Shown here one piece after another: positions 27,694 through 36,875 of a DNA stretch of 61,028 bases. The notes under the pieces are model-generated. The model made no database searches and had not been told where the DNA came from. It saw nothing but the letters and a program-made list of their open reading frames with translations. The stretch lies in UHGV virus genome UHGV-0011871. One strand, given 5' to 3'. The position numbers and the translations under genes were made by a program. The first letter of the stretch is position 1; each line of letters begins with the position of its first letter. The DNA comes from a virus.

Positions 27694-27727
27694 GCCCTCC
27701 GTCCAATCGACGGGGGCTTTCTTCTTA
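27694..27727. terminator. bidirectional rho-independent terminator
   Basis: 'GCCCTCCGTCcaatcGACGGGGGC' hairpin flanked by an A8 run upstream and TTTCTTCTT downstream, between convergent genes. Confidence 0.65.
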
Positions 27728-27745
27728 TCATGGCGTGATACCACG

Positions 27746-28171
27746 TCACCAACTATTATGAAACGACCTAGTATTCGGTGTGTAGTCCGTTCCATCGGTC
27801 GCTACGTTGACACCGTGAGTGATTGGCACTTCGTACGTAACTACTCCTGCCTTGTTCTTCTTACGCTCGGAGCCTTGCGTACGTACCTTGTACATTCTCT
27901 CGGACATTATCGGGTACTCCTCGAGCGTCATTTTGTCAGGATGTGAGTCTGATAATTCTTCGTGCAGAATCACGTTAGCCAGTCGCTCAAGCAACGGCCC
28001 GTCAGGTGTTTTTCCCGTCTGCTCTACGTATGCATCCGTCAAATCTTCGACCATTTGCATACGGGCATCCCGAGGAACCTCACCTACGGACTGTTCTAGT
28101 TGCTGTACGTACTCTTCCATTCTCGACTTATAGTTAACACCAAAGCTGTATTGATTAGTTGACATATTCAA
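27746..28171 (-). CDS. hypothetical protein
   Basis: 141-aa ORF; last gene of the leftward replication-module transcripts. Confidence 0.4.
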   Translation of the reverse strand: MNMSTNQYSFGVNYKSRMEEYVQQLEQSVGEVPRDARMQMVEDLTDAYVEQTGKTPDGPLLERLANVILHEELSDSHPDKMTLEEYPIMSERMYKVRTQGSERKKNKAGVVTYEVPITHGVNVATDGTDYTPNTRSFHNSW

Positions 28172-28493
28172 GCGCCTCCCACTCTTCGTATATGTTCGCG
28201 ATCTTCTTTATTGCAGTTGCTACGTGCTTTGTAATCATTGGCTGACTAACTCCCATACGTTGGGCGGTATCCTCTTGACCTAAGTCATAACGGAAATATA
28301 GCGACAAGGCTTCACGCTGCTTATCCGTCAAGTCAGCCAGTTCGATTGCACGGTCAAGCGTCATTAACTCGTCGGCTAGGTGCCACTTACCTGCGTACAT
28401 TTTCTTCTCATTTAAATCCTCGTAACCTTCTAGTAATGCTTTTACATAAATCTCGTGTTTTGTTAATGTCATTGACAACGGACTTCCTCTCAT
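28155..28493 (-). CDS. ArpU/sigma-region-4-like transcriptional regulator
   Basis: 'LTDKQREALSLYFRYDLGQEDTAQRMGVSQPMITKHVATAIKKI' is a sigma-70 region-4 / ArpU-type HTH. Confidence 0.5.
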   Translation of the reverse strand: MRGSPLSMTLTKHEIYVKALLEGYEDLNEKKMYAGKWHLADELMTLDRAIELADLTDKQREALSLYFRYDLGQEDTAQRMGVSQPMITKHVATAIKKIANIYEEWEALEYVN

Positions 28494-28525
28494 AGTAAGA
28501 TGTGCTAAAGGAGTGTGATTTTTTT

Positions 28526-28918
28526 ATGACTGGTAAGACGAAACAAAGCGAAACGTTTTCATGGATTTCGAATAAATCCGCAGTAGCTTACGTGACTATC
28601 GATAACCTACGAAGACTATACATTTCCAAACCGACTAAGGAACTCATGGGATTACCCGATGGAAAGTTCCGCCTCATTGCCGGATACGATTTCGCCAACA
28701 ACCGCATAGTATTGGCAAAGCCGGAAGTCGTCCGTGTGTCAGACGTGAAGCCGTTCAACTTCGACAAGCGAGGCTACTCGAATGCGAAGCATTTCGTAGA
28801 ACGTGCTAACCTTACGACCTTGCCGATTCGCTTTCTCTACAAAGGTAAAGATTATAGCGAGTACCCTGACGGTGCTTATTGCTTCGAACTAGACGGCTCA
28901 ACTCCCGAGGATCGGTAA
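28526..28918 (+). CDS. hypothetical protein
   Basis: ATG after an AAAGGAGTG; a lone plus-strand gene. Confidence 0.4.
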   Translation: MTGKTKQSETFSWISNKSAVAYVTIDNLRRLYISKPTKELMGLPDGKFRLIAGYDFANNRIVLAKPEVVRVSDVKPFNFDKRGYSNAKHFVERANLTTLPIRFLYKGKDYSEYPDGAYCFELDGSTPEDR

Positions 28919-30223
28919 CAGACGCTCGCCTAACGCTTTGATAACAGGGACACTGACAGCGTTGCCTGCCATCTTGTATCGTTGAGAATCGCTTATGCCT
29001 GCGTCTACAATCGTCTGATGCACCTCGTCCGAGAATCCTTGCAATCGGAAGCACTCGAGAGGCGTTAGCTTACGGATACGATATTTAGGCTCAGGCTCTA
29101 CAATGTGCGTCCTGCGTCCCTTTCCGACTAGGCTCGGGGCAGTACCCTTCCAGTAATTAGCGTCAAGGCAGCACGACACGCCTTCGCCTTCGGAGAACTG
29201 CTCGACGTTTCCTTTCAGTACCATCGAGTCTTTCGTAACGGACGTGACCGTGTTTCCTACGTCGTCCTTACGTATCTCTAGCTGTTCGCCTTGACCACGA
29301 TAGTTCCGGCTCCTGGTCGAACATCCTTTGACTTCCTCGGCTTGCTCGGCTTGCTCGGCTTTCTCGAGTACCGACGGCAAGTGACCACCTCCGGCTGACG
29401 TTCGGATAGTTGGCGATTCCCCATCGAATAACCTCGGCTTATCTTCCTTGAATCCTCCGTAGATATTGTGGATGCATTTCGGTGTATTTGCCGTGTCCTG
29501 CTCGTCTAGCTTCGCAACTAACTCCGCAACCTTTTCGTCAGGCAGGTAATACTTTTCGTCCACTACCGGCTCGAGAACATCGATCAGCTTAACTGTGACT
29601 TCCTCTTGCTCGGGCCAGTCGAAGTTAAACGTCTTGATTCCTTCGTATCCCATTATCCTGCGTTTCCCCTTCGGTACTACCTTCGAACCTTTCGTATTAA
29701 CCCACTCTTCGTTTTCGATTAAATCCTCACGTACAGCTACGCAGAACCACCTCTCACGATTCTGAGGAACTCCGAAGAATTTAGAGTTTAGAACCTCGAA
29801 GTCCACTCGATACCCTATATCGTTCAATGTCTTGACAATCGTATCTAACGTCTTTCCTTTGTCGTGAGATATTAAGCCTTTGACATTTTCTAGCAACGCC
29901 ACCCTTGGCTGCTTCTCTTTTAAGATTCGTGCGACCTCGAAAAACATCGTCCCTCTAGTATCTTCGAATCCTCCCCGTTTGCCTGCGACCGAGAACGGCT
30001 GACACGGTATTCCTGCCGTTAACAAGTCGTGGTCCGGCACGTCTGCTTCGTTTATCTTCGTTATATCTCCGTGTAAATGTTCCCCACCGTATATAGCTTC
30101 GTACGCCTTCGATGCATACTTATCGATTTCGGAAGCCATTACACATTCTCCACCTAACTGATTTAACGCTTGCTCGAATCCGCCCGTCCCAGAAAAGCAT
30201 GATACATACTTGAATTTACTCAT
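28898..30223 (-). CDS. DNA (cytosine-5)-methyltransferase
   Basis: Motif I 'FSGTGGFEQAL', motif IV 'PCQPFSVAGKRGG', motif VI 'ENVKGL' and C-terminal 'QRYKMAGNAVSVPV'. Start taken at the internal ATG with an AAAGGGGA RBS. Confidence 0.85.
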   Translation of the reverse strand: MSKFKYVSCFSGTGGFEQALNQLGGECVMASEIDKYASKAYEAIYGGEHLHGDITKINEADVPDHDLLTAGIPCQPFSVAGKRGGFEDTRGTMFFEVARILKEKQPRVALLENVKGLISHDKGKTLDTIVKTLNDIGYRVDFEVLNSKFFGVPQNRERWFCVAVREDLIENEEWVNTKGSKVVPKGKRRIMGYEGIKTFNFDWPEQEEVTVKLIDVLEPVVDEKYYLPDEKVAELVAKLDEQDTANTPKCIHNIYGGFKEDKPRLFDGESPTIRTSAGGGHLPSVLEKAEQAEQAEEVKGCSTRSRNYRGQGEQLEIRKDDVGNTVTSVTKDSMVLKGNVEQFSEGEGVSCCLDANYWKGTAPSLVGKGRRTHIVEPEPKYRIRKLTPLECFRLQGFSDEVHQTIVDAGISDSQRYKMAGNAVSVPVIKALGERLLPILGS

Positions 30224-30858
30224 ATTATCGTCCCCTTTCGTGACGTTTTCGTCACACAATCCGCATCTTCCCATCCTCGGTACTTCCGAGAACATGCCGT
30301 CTTATAGTTGACTCCGAACTCTTCGCACCAATCCTTCGCATGTTTTGTGACTCCATCGATTGTTATGTGCCATGCGTAATCTCGGTTCCTACTTTGCTCT
30401 ACGTTAGTAACCCATCGACAATTATCCGGCTCATATCCTCGTGCATTGTCCTTCCGATCAATCGTTAATTTATCGGTATAGCCATTAGTTACCGACCAAT
30501 CTCGGAATGCCTCGTAGCTTTTACTCCACTCCTCAGATAACATAATGCCTTTCGCCCCGTAACTCTCGTAGTTGGGGGAGTTAGGGTTCTCGCACCTCGT
30601 TTTTATATTCGTCCATATGCTGTACAGACGAGTTCCTGCTTCTCCATGCGTTCGCATAAGGGATGCGGTATTCTCTACTCGCTTACATCCGCAACTTTTC
30701 GTCTTGCCCTGACGCAGATTGCCTATGTGAAAGTTCTTAACCGTACCGCAGCTACATCGGCACTTGTATACCGAGGAGCCTGGACTTGACTCCACGAACT
30801 CAAGTACGGTTAACTCTCCGAATACTTTTCCGATATTCCTCTCACGCCCGTAAGCCAT
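30220..30858 (-). CDS. Zn-ribbon protein with conserved phage W/Y-rich C-terminal domain (often annotated AP2/HNH-associated)
   Basis: 'CRCSCG..CGC' ribbon, then 'YSIWTNIKTRCENPNSPNYESYGAKGI...LTIDRKDNARGYEPDNCRWVTNVEQSRN'. ATGA-coupled to the methyltransferase. Confidence 0.4.
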   Translation of the reverse strand: MAYGRERNIGKVFGELTVLEFVESSPGSSVYKCRCSCGTVKNFHIGNLRQGKTKSCGCKRVENTASLMRTHGEAGTRLYSIWTNIKTRCENPNSPNYESYGAKGIMLSEEWSKSYEAFRDWSVTNGYTDKLTIDRKDNARGYEPDNCRWVTNVEQSRNRDYAWHITIDGVTKHAKDWCEEFGVNYKTACSRKYRGWEDADCVTKTSRKGTII

Positions 30859-31286
30859 TAGCCTTCTTTCCTCTCTAGGTGCTCGATAGCAAACTCGAGA
30901 TATTTAACAGCTTTGCGAAGGTCAGTAATCCCACCGTCATTGTGCTTGTGCGGTGCCCTTGCGATGTATTTCTGCGTGTTACCGACGCAGTAACCTACGA
31001 ATGAATCGTCATAGCCTTTCGTAACCTCTTCGATAATTTCGATCACTTCGAACTTGCCTGACGTATAATGACTGGGATGCTCGACCATGTCGGTAGAAGC
31101 AGGAGTGCCGTCGCCCACAAGTTTGGCGTTACTGATGTCCACGTACCTACGACTGTATCCCTGCCCGAGCACTTCCTGAGGGTCGACATAGAATACTCCT
31201 GTGTCTGTGTCCATGCCGTTTACCTCGAATACCTCTCCGACTTTGTCTGCGTACCATCCTTTACCTTCCGTTATACGAATCTTCAT
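30858..31286 (-). CDS. DUF3310-like phage protein
   Basis: 'HPSHYTSGKFEVIEIIEE...GNTQKYIARAPHKHNDGGITDLRKAVKYLE' matches the DUF3310 signature. Confidence 0.5.
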   Translation of the reverse strand: MKIRITEGKGWYADKVGEVFEVNGMDTDTGVFYVDPQEVLGQGYSRRYVDISNAKLVGDGTPASTDMVEHPSHYTSGKFEVIEIIEEVTKGYDDSFVGYCVGNTQKYIARAPHKHNDGGITDLRKAVKYLEFAIEHLERKEG

Positions 31287-31287
31287 A

Positions 31288-31875
31288 TTACCGACTCTCC
31301 TTCGTTTGTTTTCGTTTACTTAGAAAAACCTTGCCCTCTTCTCCCGTGAACCTCCACCGATAGCCACCGTGCGTATCCTTCTTTAACTGACAGCAGCGAT
31401 GTACCGCAGCCTTATCGAATCCTGCTTCCCTCGTACTGGATACCGAGGGCCATTGCTTGATTAACTCGTTTGTTTTCGGGCATATCTGACTCACTTTTCG
31501 AGCCATTGAAGCCGAGTTTAACCGGAGAACCTCGTCATTCCTCAGTCCTGTTTCGTAGGCATGTCGGGTATTTTCAGCCGGTGTTACATACTCGAGATTT
31601 TCTTTGCGGTTATTGCGTTTGTTACCATCGATATGATTTACTTGCGGTTTATTTTCGGGGTTAGGTATGAAGGCTTCGGCAACTAGCCGATGGACGAATA
31701 TGTGCTTCGACTTACCGCCGATCTTTAACTGGATTCGCTCATATCCGCCCTTGTCGACTTGGTTCTTTCGGATGCGTTCCCTTCCGGTTCTCGTGCTTTT
31801 GACTCTGCCTCGGTCAGACACGAAGTACCCAGGGAAACCGTCAATAGCTGCCCATGTTTCACTCGACAATTTCAA
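31288..31875 (-). CDS. HNH homing endonuclease (NUMOD4 + HNH_3)
   Basis: '[20 protein letters not shown]...GYERIQL...[28 protein letters not shown]'. Confidence 0.75.
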   Translation of the reverse strand: MKLSSETWAAIDGFPGYFVSDRGRVKSTRTGRERIRKNQVDKGGYERIQLKIGGKSKHIFVHRLVAEAFIPNPENKPQVNHIDGNKRNNRKENLEYVTPAENTRHAYETGLRNDEVLRLNSASMARKVSQICPKTNELIKQWPSVSSTREAGFDKAAVHRCCQLKKDTHGGYRWRFTGEEGKVFLSKRKQTKESR

Positions 31876-32416
31876 TCGATACCTCCTGTCTGCCGAATTG
31901 TATAGCGTCGTCTACGGTTGCTACGAGAAGATCGATTCGGTTGCCCTTAATCGCACCTCCCGTGTCATTTGCCGTAGCTTCGATTTTCGTACCATCTTGG
32001 AGCGTAAGTATCACGTCGGAGCCTAGAGGGACAACGTTCGGGTCTGTAGCAATGAGGCGTTTACCTTCGTGGTAAATCGTATTGCTAACGTCAATGCCCG
32101 TCGCAGTTACTCCGATGCATCCTGTATCGCAGAAGGCTGTATAGGCTGTCGCTTCTACTGTAATGCTTTCATTAGCGTTGCTACCATCAGGATTACCGTC
32201 GGTACTGCTAACGCTAGCACTACTAGAATCAACATTAGTTCGTGTCTCCTCGGTGTTAGCCGCTCCTTCTTCGCTTTGCGGTGGGGTCTGCGGTGCTTGC
32301 TCGGTCTGCTCAACGTGTTCCCTCCTTTCTGCTAATTCTTGCTCGACTCGTCTCATTTGCTCCCCGTGATACTCCCGTACTTCCGTGGCTACTGTCAGTA
32401 ATGCGTACAATAACAA
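31859..32416 (-). CDS. 3D-domain (MltA-like) cell-wall-binding/hydrolase protein
   Basis: N-terminal TM/signal segment. C-terminal '[26 protein letters not shown]...[11 protein letters not shown]...[19 protein letters not shown]' is a 3D domain. Confidence 0.55.
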   Translation of the reverse strand: MLLYALLTVATEVREYHGEQMRRVEQELAERREHVEQTEQAPQTPPQSEEGAANTEETRTNVDSSSASVSSTDGNPDGSNANESITVEATAYTAFCDTGCIGVTATGIDVSNTIYHEGKRLIATDPNVVPLGSDVILTLQDGTKIEATANDTGGAIKGNRIDLLVATVDDAIQFGRQEVSIEIVE

Positions 32417-32446
32417 AGATGTGCCGATAGTTAGCCTCCGTTCTCT

Positions 32447-32788
32447 TTATTGGTCGTTGAATTTACGCAGTTCTCGTACTTCCTCGGTCAGTTTCGCTAT
32501 ACATTCCGTAAGGTCAGCGATAACGCCCAGCAGGTTCGAAGTTCCTAAGGCATCTACCGGCTCAAGTACGTTGTATTCCTCATGGTTTAGTCCGAGATTA
32601 AACTCCACGGGGGTTAATCCGCAATCGTCCGACCATCGGTCAGGGTTTTCCACGGTCAACACGTCGCCCGGCTCGTAGATATGCTCTAGTCCATACCCTT
32701 CTAAAACTACGATCTTTTCGCCTGCTCTCGCTTTACGTTTAACCTCTTTGTACTTGATACCGTCGATAACTCGAATTGCTCCTGCCAT
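32447..32788 (-). CDS. hypothetical protein
   Basis: 113-aa ORF. Confidence 0.4.
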   Translation of the reverse strand: MAGAIRVIDGIKYKEVKRKARAGEKIVVLEGYGLEHIYEPGDVLTVENPDRWSDDCGLTPVEFNLGLNHEEYNVLEPVDALGTSNLLGVIADLTECIAKLTEEVRELRKFNDQ

Positions 32789-32799
32789 GTTTACGCCTC

Positions 32800-33507
32800 C
32801 TATTTTAATAATTCGTTTAAACTTACTGGGAAATGCGGTTCTACGAGTTCCTTAACGGCTCTAGCATACGCCTGTATCTCCGCCTGGCTATCGTGGGCCA
32901 ATCGTTGATTTAAGAAGTGTGCGACCGACTGTAACGATGCTGTCCAGTAGTAGCGAATATACATTCCGTAAGCCGGTAAGAATAACCTCGCTTGCTCAGG
33001 TGCTACACCTCGCTTCAATGCCCGTTCGTACTGCGGAATGCACTCGTCCAGTAGCTTCATAAGTTCGTACGTATTAATTCCGCCTTCTTCCTCGGACATT
33101 AACTCTCCCGAACCCTGCTTGGAGTTTTCCGGTGCCCTTCGCCATTCTCCGGCACTTGGTACGTAGAACTCAGGCTCTTCGGTAATGTACCGTCGGCTCG
33201 ATTCGTTCCATGCCATCATCGGGTCGGATGTCGCTTCCAAGATCGACGAACCTACGAGGTACTTGAAGTGCTGACGTGCCACCATTAGTGGCGAGTACAC
33301 TTCGAATTGAAGCATCGCATGTCGGAACGGTGACGTATGCCCTTCCCTCGCTAGGAATGCGAGTAGCTTCGCATCCTTTTCGTCAAACTCCTCGGACTTT
33401 TTGTTATATGACGTTCTAGCTGCATTTACTGGGGTCAGGTCGCTTCCCATTACCTCATGTAAAATTACATAACCCTTATCATCTAATACGTTGACTTTAT
33501 TTAACAT
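32800..33507 (-). CDS. ThyX-like (flavin-dependent thymidylate synthase family) protein, divergent active-site motif
   Basis: Colinear with T. maritima ThyX ('DKGYVILHEVMGSDL..NAARTSY', 'HTSPFRHAML.F', 'ARQHF', 'ESSRRY', C-terminal 'FLNQRLAHDSQAEIQAYA'), but the RHR motif is replaced by KYL. Confidence 0.6.
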   Translation of the reverse strand: MLNKVNVLDDKGYVILHEVMGSDLTPVNAARTSYNKKSEEFDEKDAKLLAFLAREGHTSPFRHAMLQFEVYSPLMVARQHFKYLVGSSILEATSDPMMAWNESSRRYITEEPEFYVPSAGEWRRAPENSKQGSGELMSEEEGGINTYELMKLLDECIPQYERALKRGVAPEQARLFLPAYGMYIRYYWTASLQSVAHFLNQRLAHDSQAEIQAYARAVKELVEPHFPVSLNELLK

Positions 33508-34033
33508 CTGCGTAATTCCTCCTAGTGTGTATTAAGTAAATGCAGTTTCTTGTGACTCCGAAGTCTTTTCCAATATCAACGCCGGACTCTCCTGCATCCC
33601 GTCTACGTCGAATCTCTCGGACTTCTTCGTCAGTAAATTTGCTATTATGTGCCCGACTCGGCTGACTTGCTCTTGCGATCTTTCCCGTTCGTGACCGTAC
33701 CTCGGAAGGTTTATCCAACTCGTTTTGTGAGTACGTCCCTAGAACGATGTTTTCCTTCGATACATTCTCCGTATCTGCATCTAAGTGCCGGACGACTATT
33801 CCGTCTTTGAACGTCTCCTCTCCGTAAAAACAGTAGGCTGCGAACTTGTGGACTGGAATACCGTAGACTCCCGAACCTGTTAATGAACCGACGTTTGCTG
33901 AGAATGTTGGATACCTTTGAGTTCCCCGTTTCTTTATTAGCAACGGATTTCCCTTTAGTCCGAGTAGAGTGCCATCCTCGGTCACTCGGTAACCTTTGTC
34001 GTAGGCAACTTTTATCGCCTCAATCATTCCCAT
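33497..34033 (-). CDS. HNH homing endonuclease (HNH_3)
   Basis: 'GYRVTEDGTLLGLKGNPL...GIPVHKFAAYCFYG...VRHLDADTENVSKENIVLGTYSQN'. Confidence 0.7.
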   Translation of the reverse strand: MGMIEAIKVAYDKGYRVTEDGTLLGLKGNPLLIKKRGTQRYPTFSANVGSLTGSGVYGIPVHKFAAYCFYGEETFKDGIVVRHLDADTENVSKENIVLGTYSQNELDKPSEVRSRTGKIARASQPSRAHNSKFTDEEVREIRRRRDAGESGVDIGKDFGVTRNCIYLIHTRRNYADVK

Positions 34034-34254
34034 TCCGGAACCTCCATTACGTCGATTTTAATTGTATGTTCGGTGCTTCCGATGGCATTGCTTACGGCTT
34101 GCTGTAATAAGCCTGCCGACCGAGTAAGGGCAGCCGCTTGGTCTTTGCCTTCCTGCTCTCGGAACCATTCCGTATCCTCTTCGTCCATCTTCACTAAGAC
34201 TTCGATAGTCGTTTTTAATACGAGTGGCTTAGTCATTCGATCACCATCCTTCAT
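34024..34254 (-). CDS. hypothetical protein
   Basis: 76-aa ORF. Confidence 0.35.
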   Translation of the reverse strand: MKDGDRMTKPLVLKTTIEVLVKMDEEDTEWFREQEGKDQAAALTRSAGLLQQAVSNAIGSTEHTIKIDVMEVPEWE

Positions 34255-34501
34255 ATTTGCAGTAGCAGCGTTCGCACATGCCTTTACTTAGCGCCCATGT
34301 TCCGCCTTCTACGTCTTTTTCTTCTTCGCATACATTACATATAATCCGCACGGAATCGATGAACCCGTCTTCATCTACTGTTATCCCGTGCCTGTCGGTA
34401 ATTGCCCGAATTCCGTCGAAGTCGACATACTCCTCTTCACCGACTCTTATTAACTCAATCGCTTCATATAGGGCTAATACGTCCTTCTGCTGTCGCTTCA
34501 T
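34241..34501 (-). CDS. zinc-finger protein
   Basis: 'CNVCEEE...CERCYC'. Confidence 0.4.
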   Translation of the reverse strand: MKRQQKDVLALYEAIELIRVGEEEYVDFDGIRAITDRHGITVDEDGFIDSVRIICNVCEEEKDVEGGTWALSKGMCERCYCKYEGW

Positions 34502-35034
34502 TCGATCACCCCCGTACTTCCGAAGCCATCTTCGCCTCGAATCGTTTCATCTAGCGTGTCGACTTCGTCAAACTTCGCTTGAACAATCGGAGCAATTACG
34601 CCCTGTGCGATGCGGTCACCCTTGCGGATAAAATATGTGTTATGTTGCCAATCGTCCTCGTCCCATGCGAGAGTTCCGTCTAGGTACTTCGCTTTGTAGT
34701 CGTACTCGAGTCCGATTATTCTGTACTCTTCGTTGTAGTAGAAAGACGGCATTACTGCATTGTCGACAATAACAGCGACTTCTCCCCTGTACGTACTATC
34801 CACCGTACCTAGTTGCACTCGAAGTTTTGTTTTCGAGGTGATACCGGAACGTGGTCGAATCTGTAACTCGTACCCGTTAGGTATTGCGAATGCTAGGCCC
34901 GTCGGCACTTTAACTGTTTCGCCAGGCTCTACGATAACGTCCTCGACTGCTACAAGATCGAATCCCGAATCCCCGTCATGTGCATACTTCGGAATAACTG
35001 CTTCGTCTCTAAGTCGCTTAATCTGTACGTTCAT
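34498..35034 (-). CDS. dut: dUTP diphosphatase (trimeric dUTPase) with insertion
   Basis: The dUTPase motifs are present: 'AHDGDSGFDL', 'RPRSGITSK', 'GTVDSTYRGEV', 'GDRIAQ' and 'RGEDGFGSTG'. Start taken at MNVQIKRL with a GGAGGA RBS. An extra ~35-aa segment lies between motifs 3 and 4. Confidence 0.8.
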   Translation of the reverse strand: MNVQIKRLRDEAVIPKYAHDGDSGFDLVAVEDVIVEPGETVKVPTGLAFAIPNGYELQIRPRSGITSKTKLRVQLGTVDSTYRGEVAVIVDNAVMPSFYYNEEYRIIGLEYDYKAKYLDGTLAWDEDDWQHNTYFIRKGDRIAQGVIAPIVQAKFDEVDTLDETIRGEDGFGSTGVIE

Positions 35035-35218
35035 TATCGAGTTCCTCCAATAGCTGTAATAGTTCCTTTTCGATGGCGTTACGAGCCGCCTCGAGTCCAC
35101 TTACGAAGAACCCAGTAGCGACTAAGATAGCCGGTAGGATTACCGATGCATCCTGTGCTACGAATCCTAACCACAAGGCCCCAATGCCAATTATGATATA
35201 TGCGATTACTTGATTCAT
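35018..35218 (-). CDS. small membrane protein
   Basis: 66 aa, two TM helices. Confidence 0.4.
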   Translation of the reverse strand: MNQVIAYIIIGIGALWLGFVAQDASVILPAILVATGFFVSGLEAARNAIEKELLQLLEELDNERTD

Positions 35219-35382
35219 TCTTCCGCCTCCTTAGTATTCGTTCTATCAACGTATGAATTTATTCCAATCGACACTCCGGCTAGAATCGCACAAAAGGCGT
35301 ACAATGCTTCCGTAACGGCATCGTCTGTGATTACGATAATTACTACCGACATGACTGCGAGTATCAACATGCTCCACTTCAT
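35215..35382 (-). CDS. small membrane protein (55 aa)
   Basis: Not in the ORF track. ATGA/TGA coupling on both sides; two hydrophobic segments. Confidence 0.3.
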   Translation of the reverse strand: MKWSMLILAVMSVVIIVITDDAVTEALYAFCAILAGVSIGINSYVDRTNTKEAEE

Positions 35383-35573
35383 CCGATGACCTCCATTTGC
35401 GTTATCTTCGCAATCCTACCGCCGTTCTGTGCCTGACCTCGTCTAGCACTCGGAAGGCTGTCGTATGCTTTAATTCTCGGTGCTGTCGATGAACCTCCAC
35501 CTTTCGGGAATCCTACGACTTCGTCCGCAAAGTTTGTATTTACTAATACGTATAGTTCGACTTCCTTCTTCAT
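35379..35573 (-). CDS. hypothetical protein
   Basis: 64-aa ORF, translationally coupled. Confidence 0.35.
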   Translation of the reverse strand: MKKEVELYVLVNTNFADEVVGFPKGGGSSTAPRIKAYDSLPSARRGQAQNGGRIAKITQMEVIG

Positions 35574-35752
35574 TCGAGTACCTCCAATATGCTTAGTTCC
35601 GACTCAACGATTACTCGGTCTGTCAAGATTACCTCGATGTTCAAGTCTCGGCTTTCTTGGGTCACCGATAAGATGCCGTCCTTGCCTGCGATAATTACGC
35701 CTTCTTCGTGAAGGTTAATACCGTGCTTTTCGATCAGTTCTTGTAACGTCAT
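35570..35752 (-). CDS. hypothetical protein
   Basis: 60-aa ORF, translationally coupled. Confidence 0.35.
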   Translation of the reverse strand: MTLQELIEKHGINLHEEGVIIAGKDGILSVTQESRDLNIEVILTDRVIVESELSILEVLE

Positions 35753-36450
35753 AGGTTACCCCTCGCTTCCAGTTCGGAAAATTCTTCCGGCATTTCGTGA
35801 CTCCTGAGAATATCTTCGACCACTCCGACTACCGGATGTCTTTGCGACTCCACGAAATTGATATGATCGAAATACTCGAATGCTTCCGCATCGTACAGAC
35901 CTTTCAATAGCTGATACAGTCCGTTCTTGCTCGGGTTACGTAGCTGCTTTACGTCCACCTGCGAAAAGTTACCGCAGAATATGAACTTACTACCTTCGCC
36001 TATCCTCGTCGCTAGTCCGTGCATTGTCGCCACGTCTAGGTTCTGAACTTCGTCGGCTATGACGTAGGCTCGGTGCTGTGTACCGCCTCGCATCGTCTGA
36101 ATCGGGTCAAAGAAGATTGTCTCGTTTAGGTTATACGACATTACAGCGCCAGGCTTATCGGTCATGACCTCGAGGTTATCAACGAACGGTCGCATGAACG
36201 GGTATGTCTTTTCATCGAATCCGCCTGGAATCGCTCCGACATCTTTTCCCATCTGCTCTTGCATTCGAGTGTAGACTAGCTTGCGATACCTTCGTTCCTC
36301 CAACGTGTGCTCTAGTCCGACGGCTTGTGCGATCAATGTCTTACCGCCACCTGCCGGCCCAGTGATGAACGTAAATGGTTTCTCGTTGCATAACGCCTGC
36401 ATCGCTGCCTTTTGCTCTTCGTTGCGTGAACTGATTCCGTAGAATCCCAT
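35749..36450 (-). CDS. phoH: PhoH-like ATPase
   Basis: Walker A 'GPAGGGKT' and Walker B 'VIADEVQN'; the PhoH-family C-terminal half. Confidence 0.75.
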   Translation of the reverse strand: MGFYGISSRNEEQKAAMQALCNEKPFTFITGPAGGGKTLIAQAVGLEHTLEERRYRKLVYTRMQEQMGKDVGAIPGGFDEKTYPFMRPFVDNLEVMTDKPGAVMSYNLNETIFFDPIQTMRGGTQHRAYVIADEVQNLDVATMHGLATRIGEGSKFIFCGNFSQVDVKQLRNPSKNGLYQLLKGLYDAEAFEYFDHINFVESQRHPVVGVVEDILRSHEMPEEFSELEARGNL

Positions 36451-36461
36451 GCCATCGCCTC

Positions 36462-36650
36462 CTAGAATTGTTTCTCGAATTTAGCGTACCAATAGTAAGT
36501 TCGGTTATCGTCCCACAAAGAGTCATCGGAACGTTTAACCTGACCGCTACATACGAAGCCTAGCGACTCCATCCATTTAACGTGAGTAGAGCGGTCTTCC
36601 TCGGAATCATATTTATATTCGAGTATTCGCCTTTCTGAAATCTGTTTCAT
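36462..36650 (-). CDS. hypothetical protein
   Basis: 62 aa; first gene after conserved motif A. Confidence 0.4.
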   Translation of the reverse strand: MKQISERRILEYKYDSEEDRSTHVKWMESLGFVCSGQVKRSDDSLWDDNRTYYWYAKFEKQF

Positions 36651-36657
36651 CGGCTCG

Positions 36658-36710
36658 CCTCCCTTACTTACTAATAGACCATTTCAGCCGTTTCGTGGAC
36701 CATGTTTTAC
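36658..36710 (-). promoter_or_regulatory. conserved phage motif, copy A (putative middle/late promoter or operator)
   Basis: 'CCCTTACTTACTAATAGACCA-N14-TGGACCATG' overlaps the RBS of the downstream minus-strand gene. Confidence 0.45.
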
Positions 36711-36875
36711 GATATTTTCCTTGCCGACTCGTTTGAACCGATGCCCATCGTCGTCTCCGTCGTCAAGTTCTATCTCGATGGGGTAGAAGGCGCAGTTCAC
36801 CACGCCTAATACCGTTGCCCATCCTGAGAATAGCGTCGACTCAACGTACACACGGTCGCCTTTTACAGACCGCAA
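36684..36875 (-). CDS. hypothetical protein
   Basis: 63-aa ORF. Confidence 0.3.
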   Translation of the reverse strand: MRSVKGDRVYVESTLFSGWATVLGVVNCAFYPIEIELDDGDDDGHRFKRVGKENIVKHGPRNG

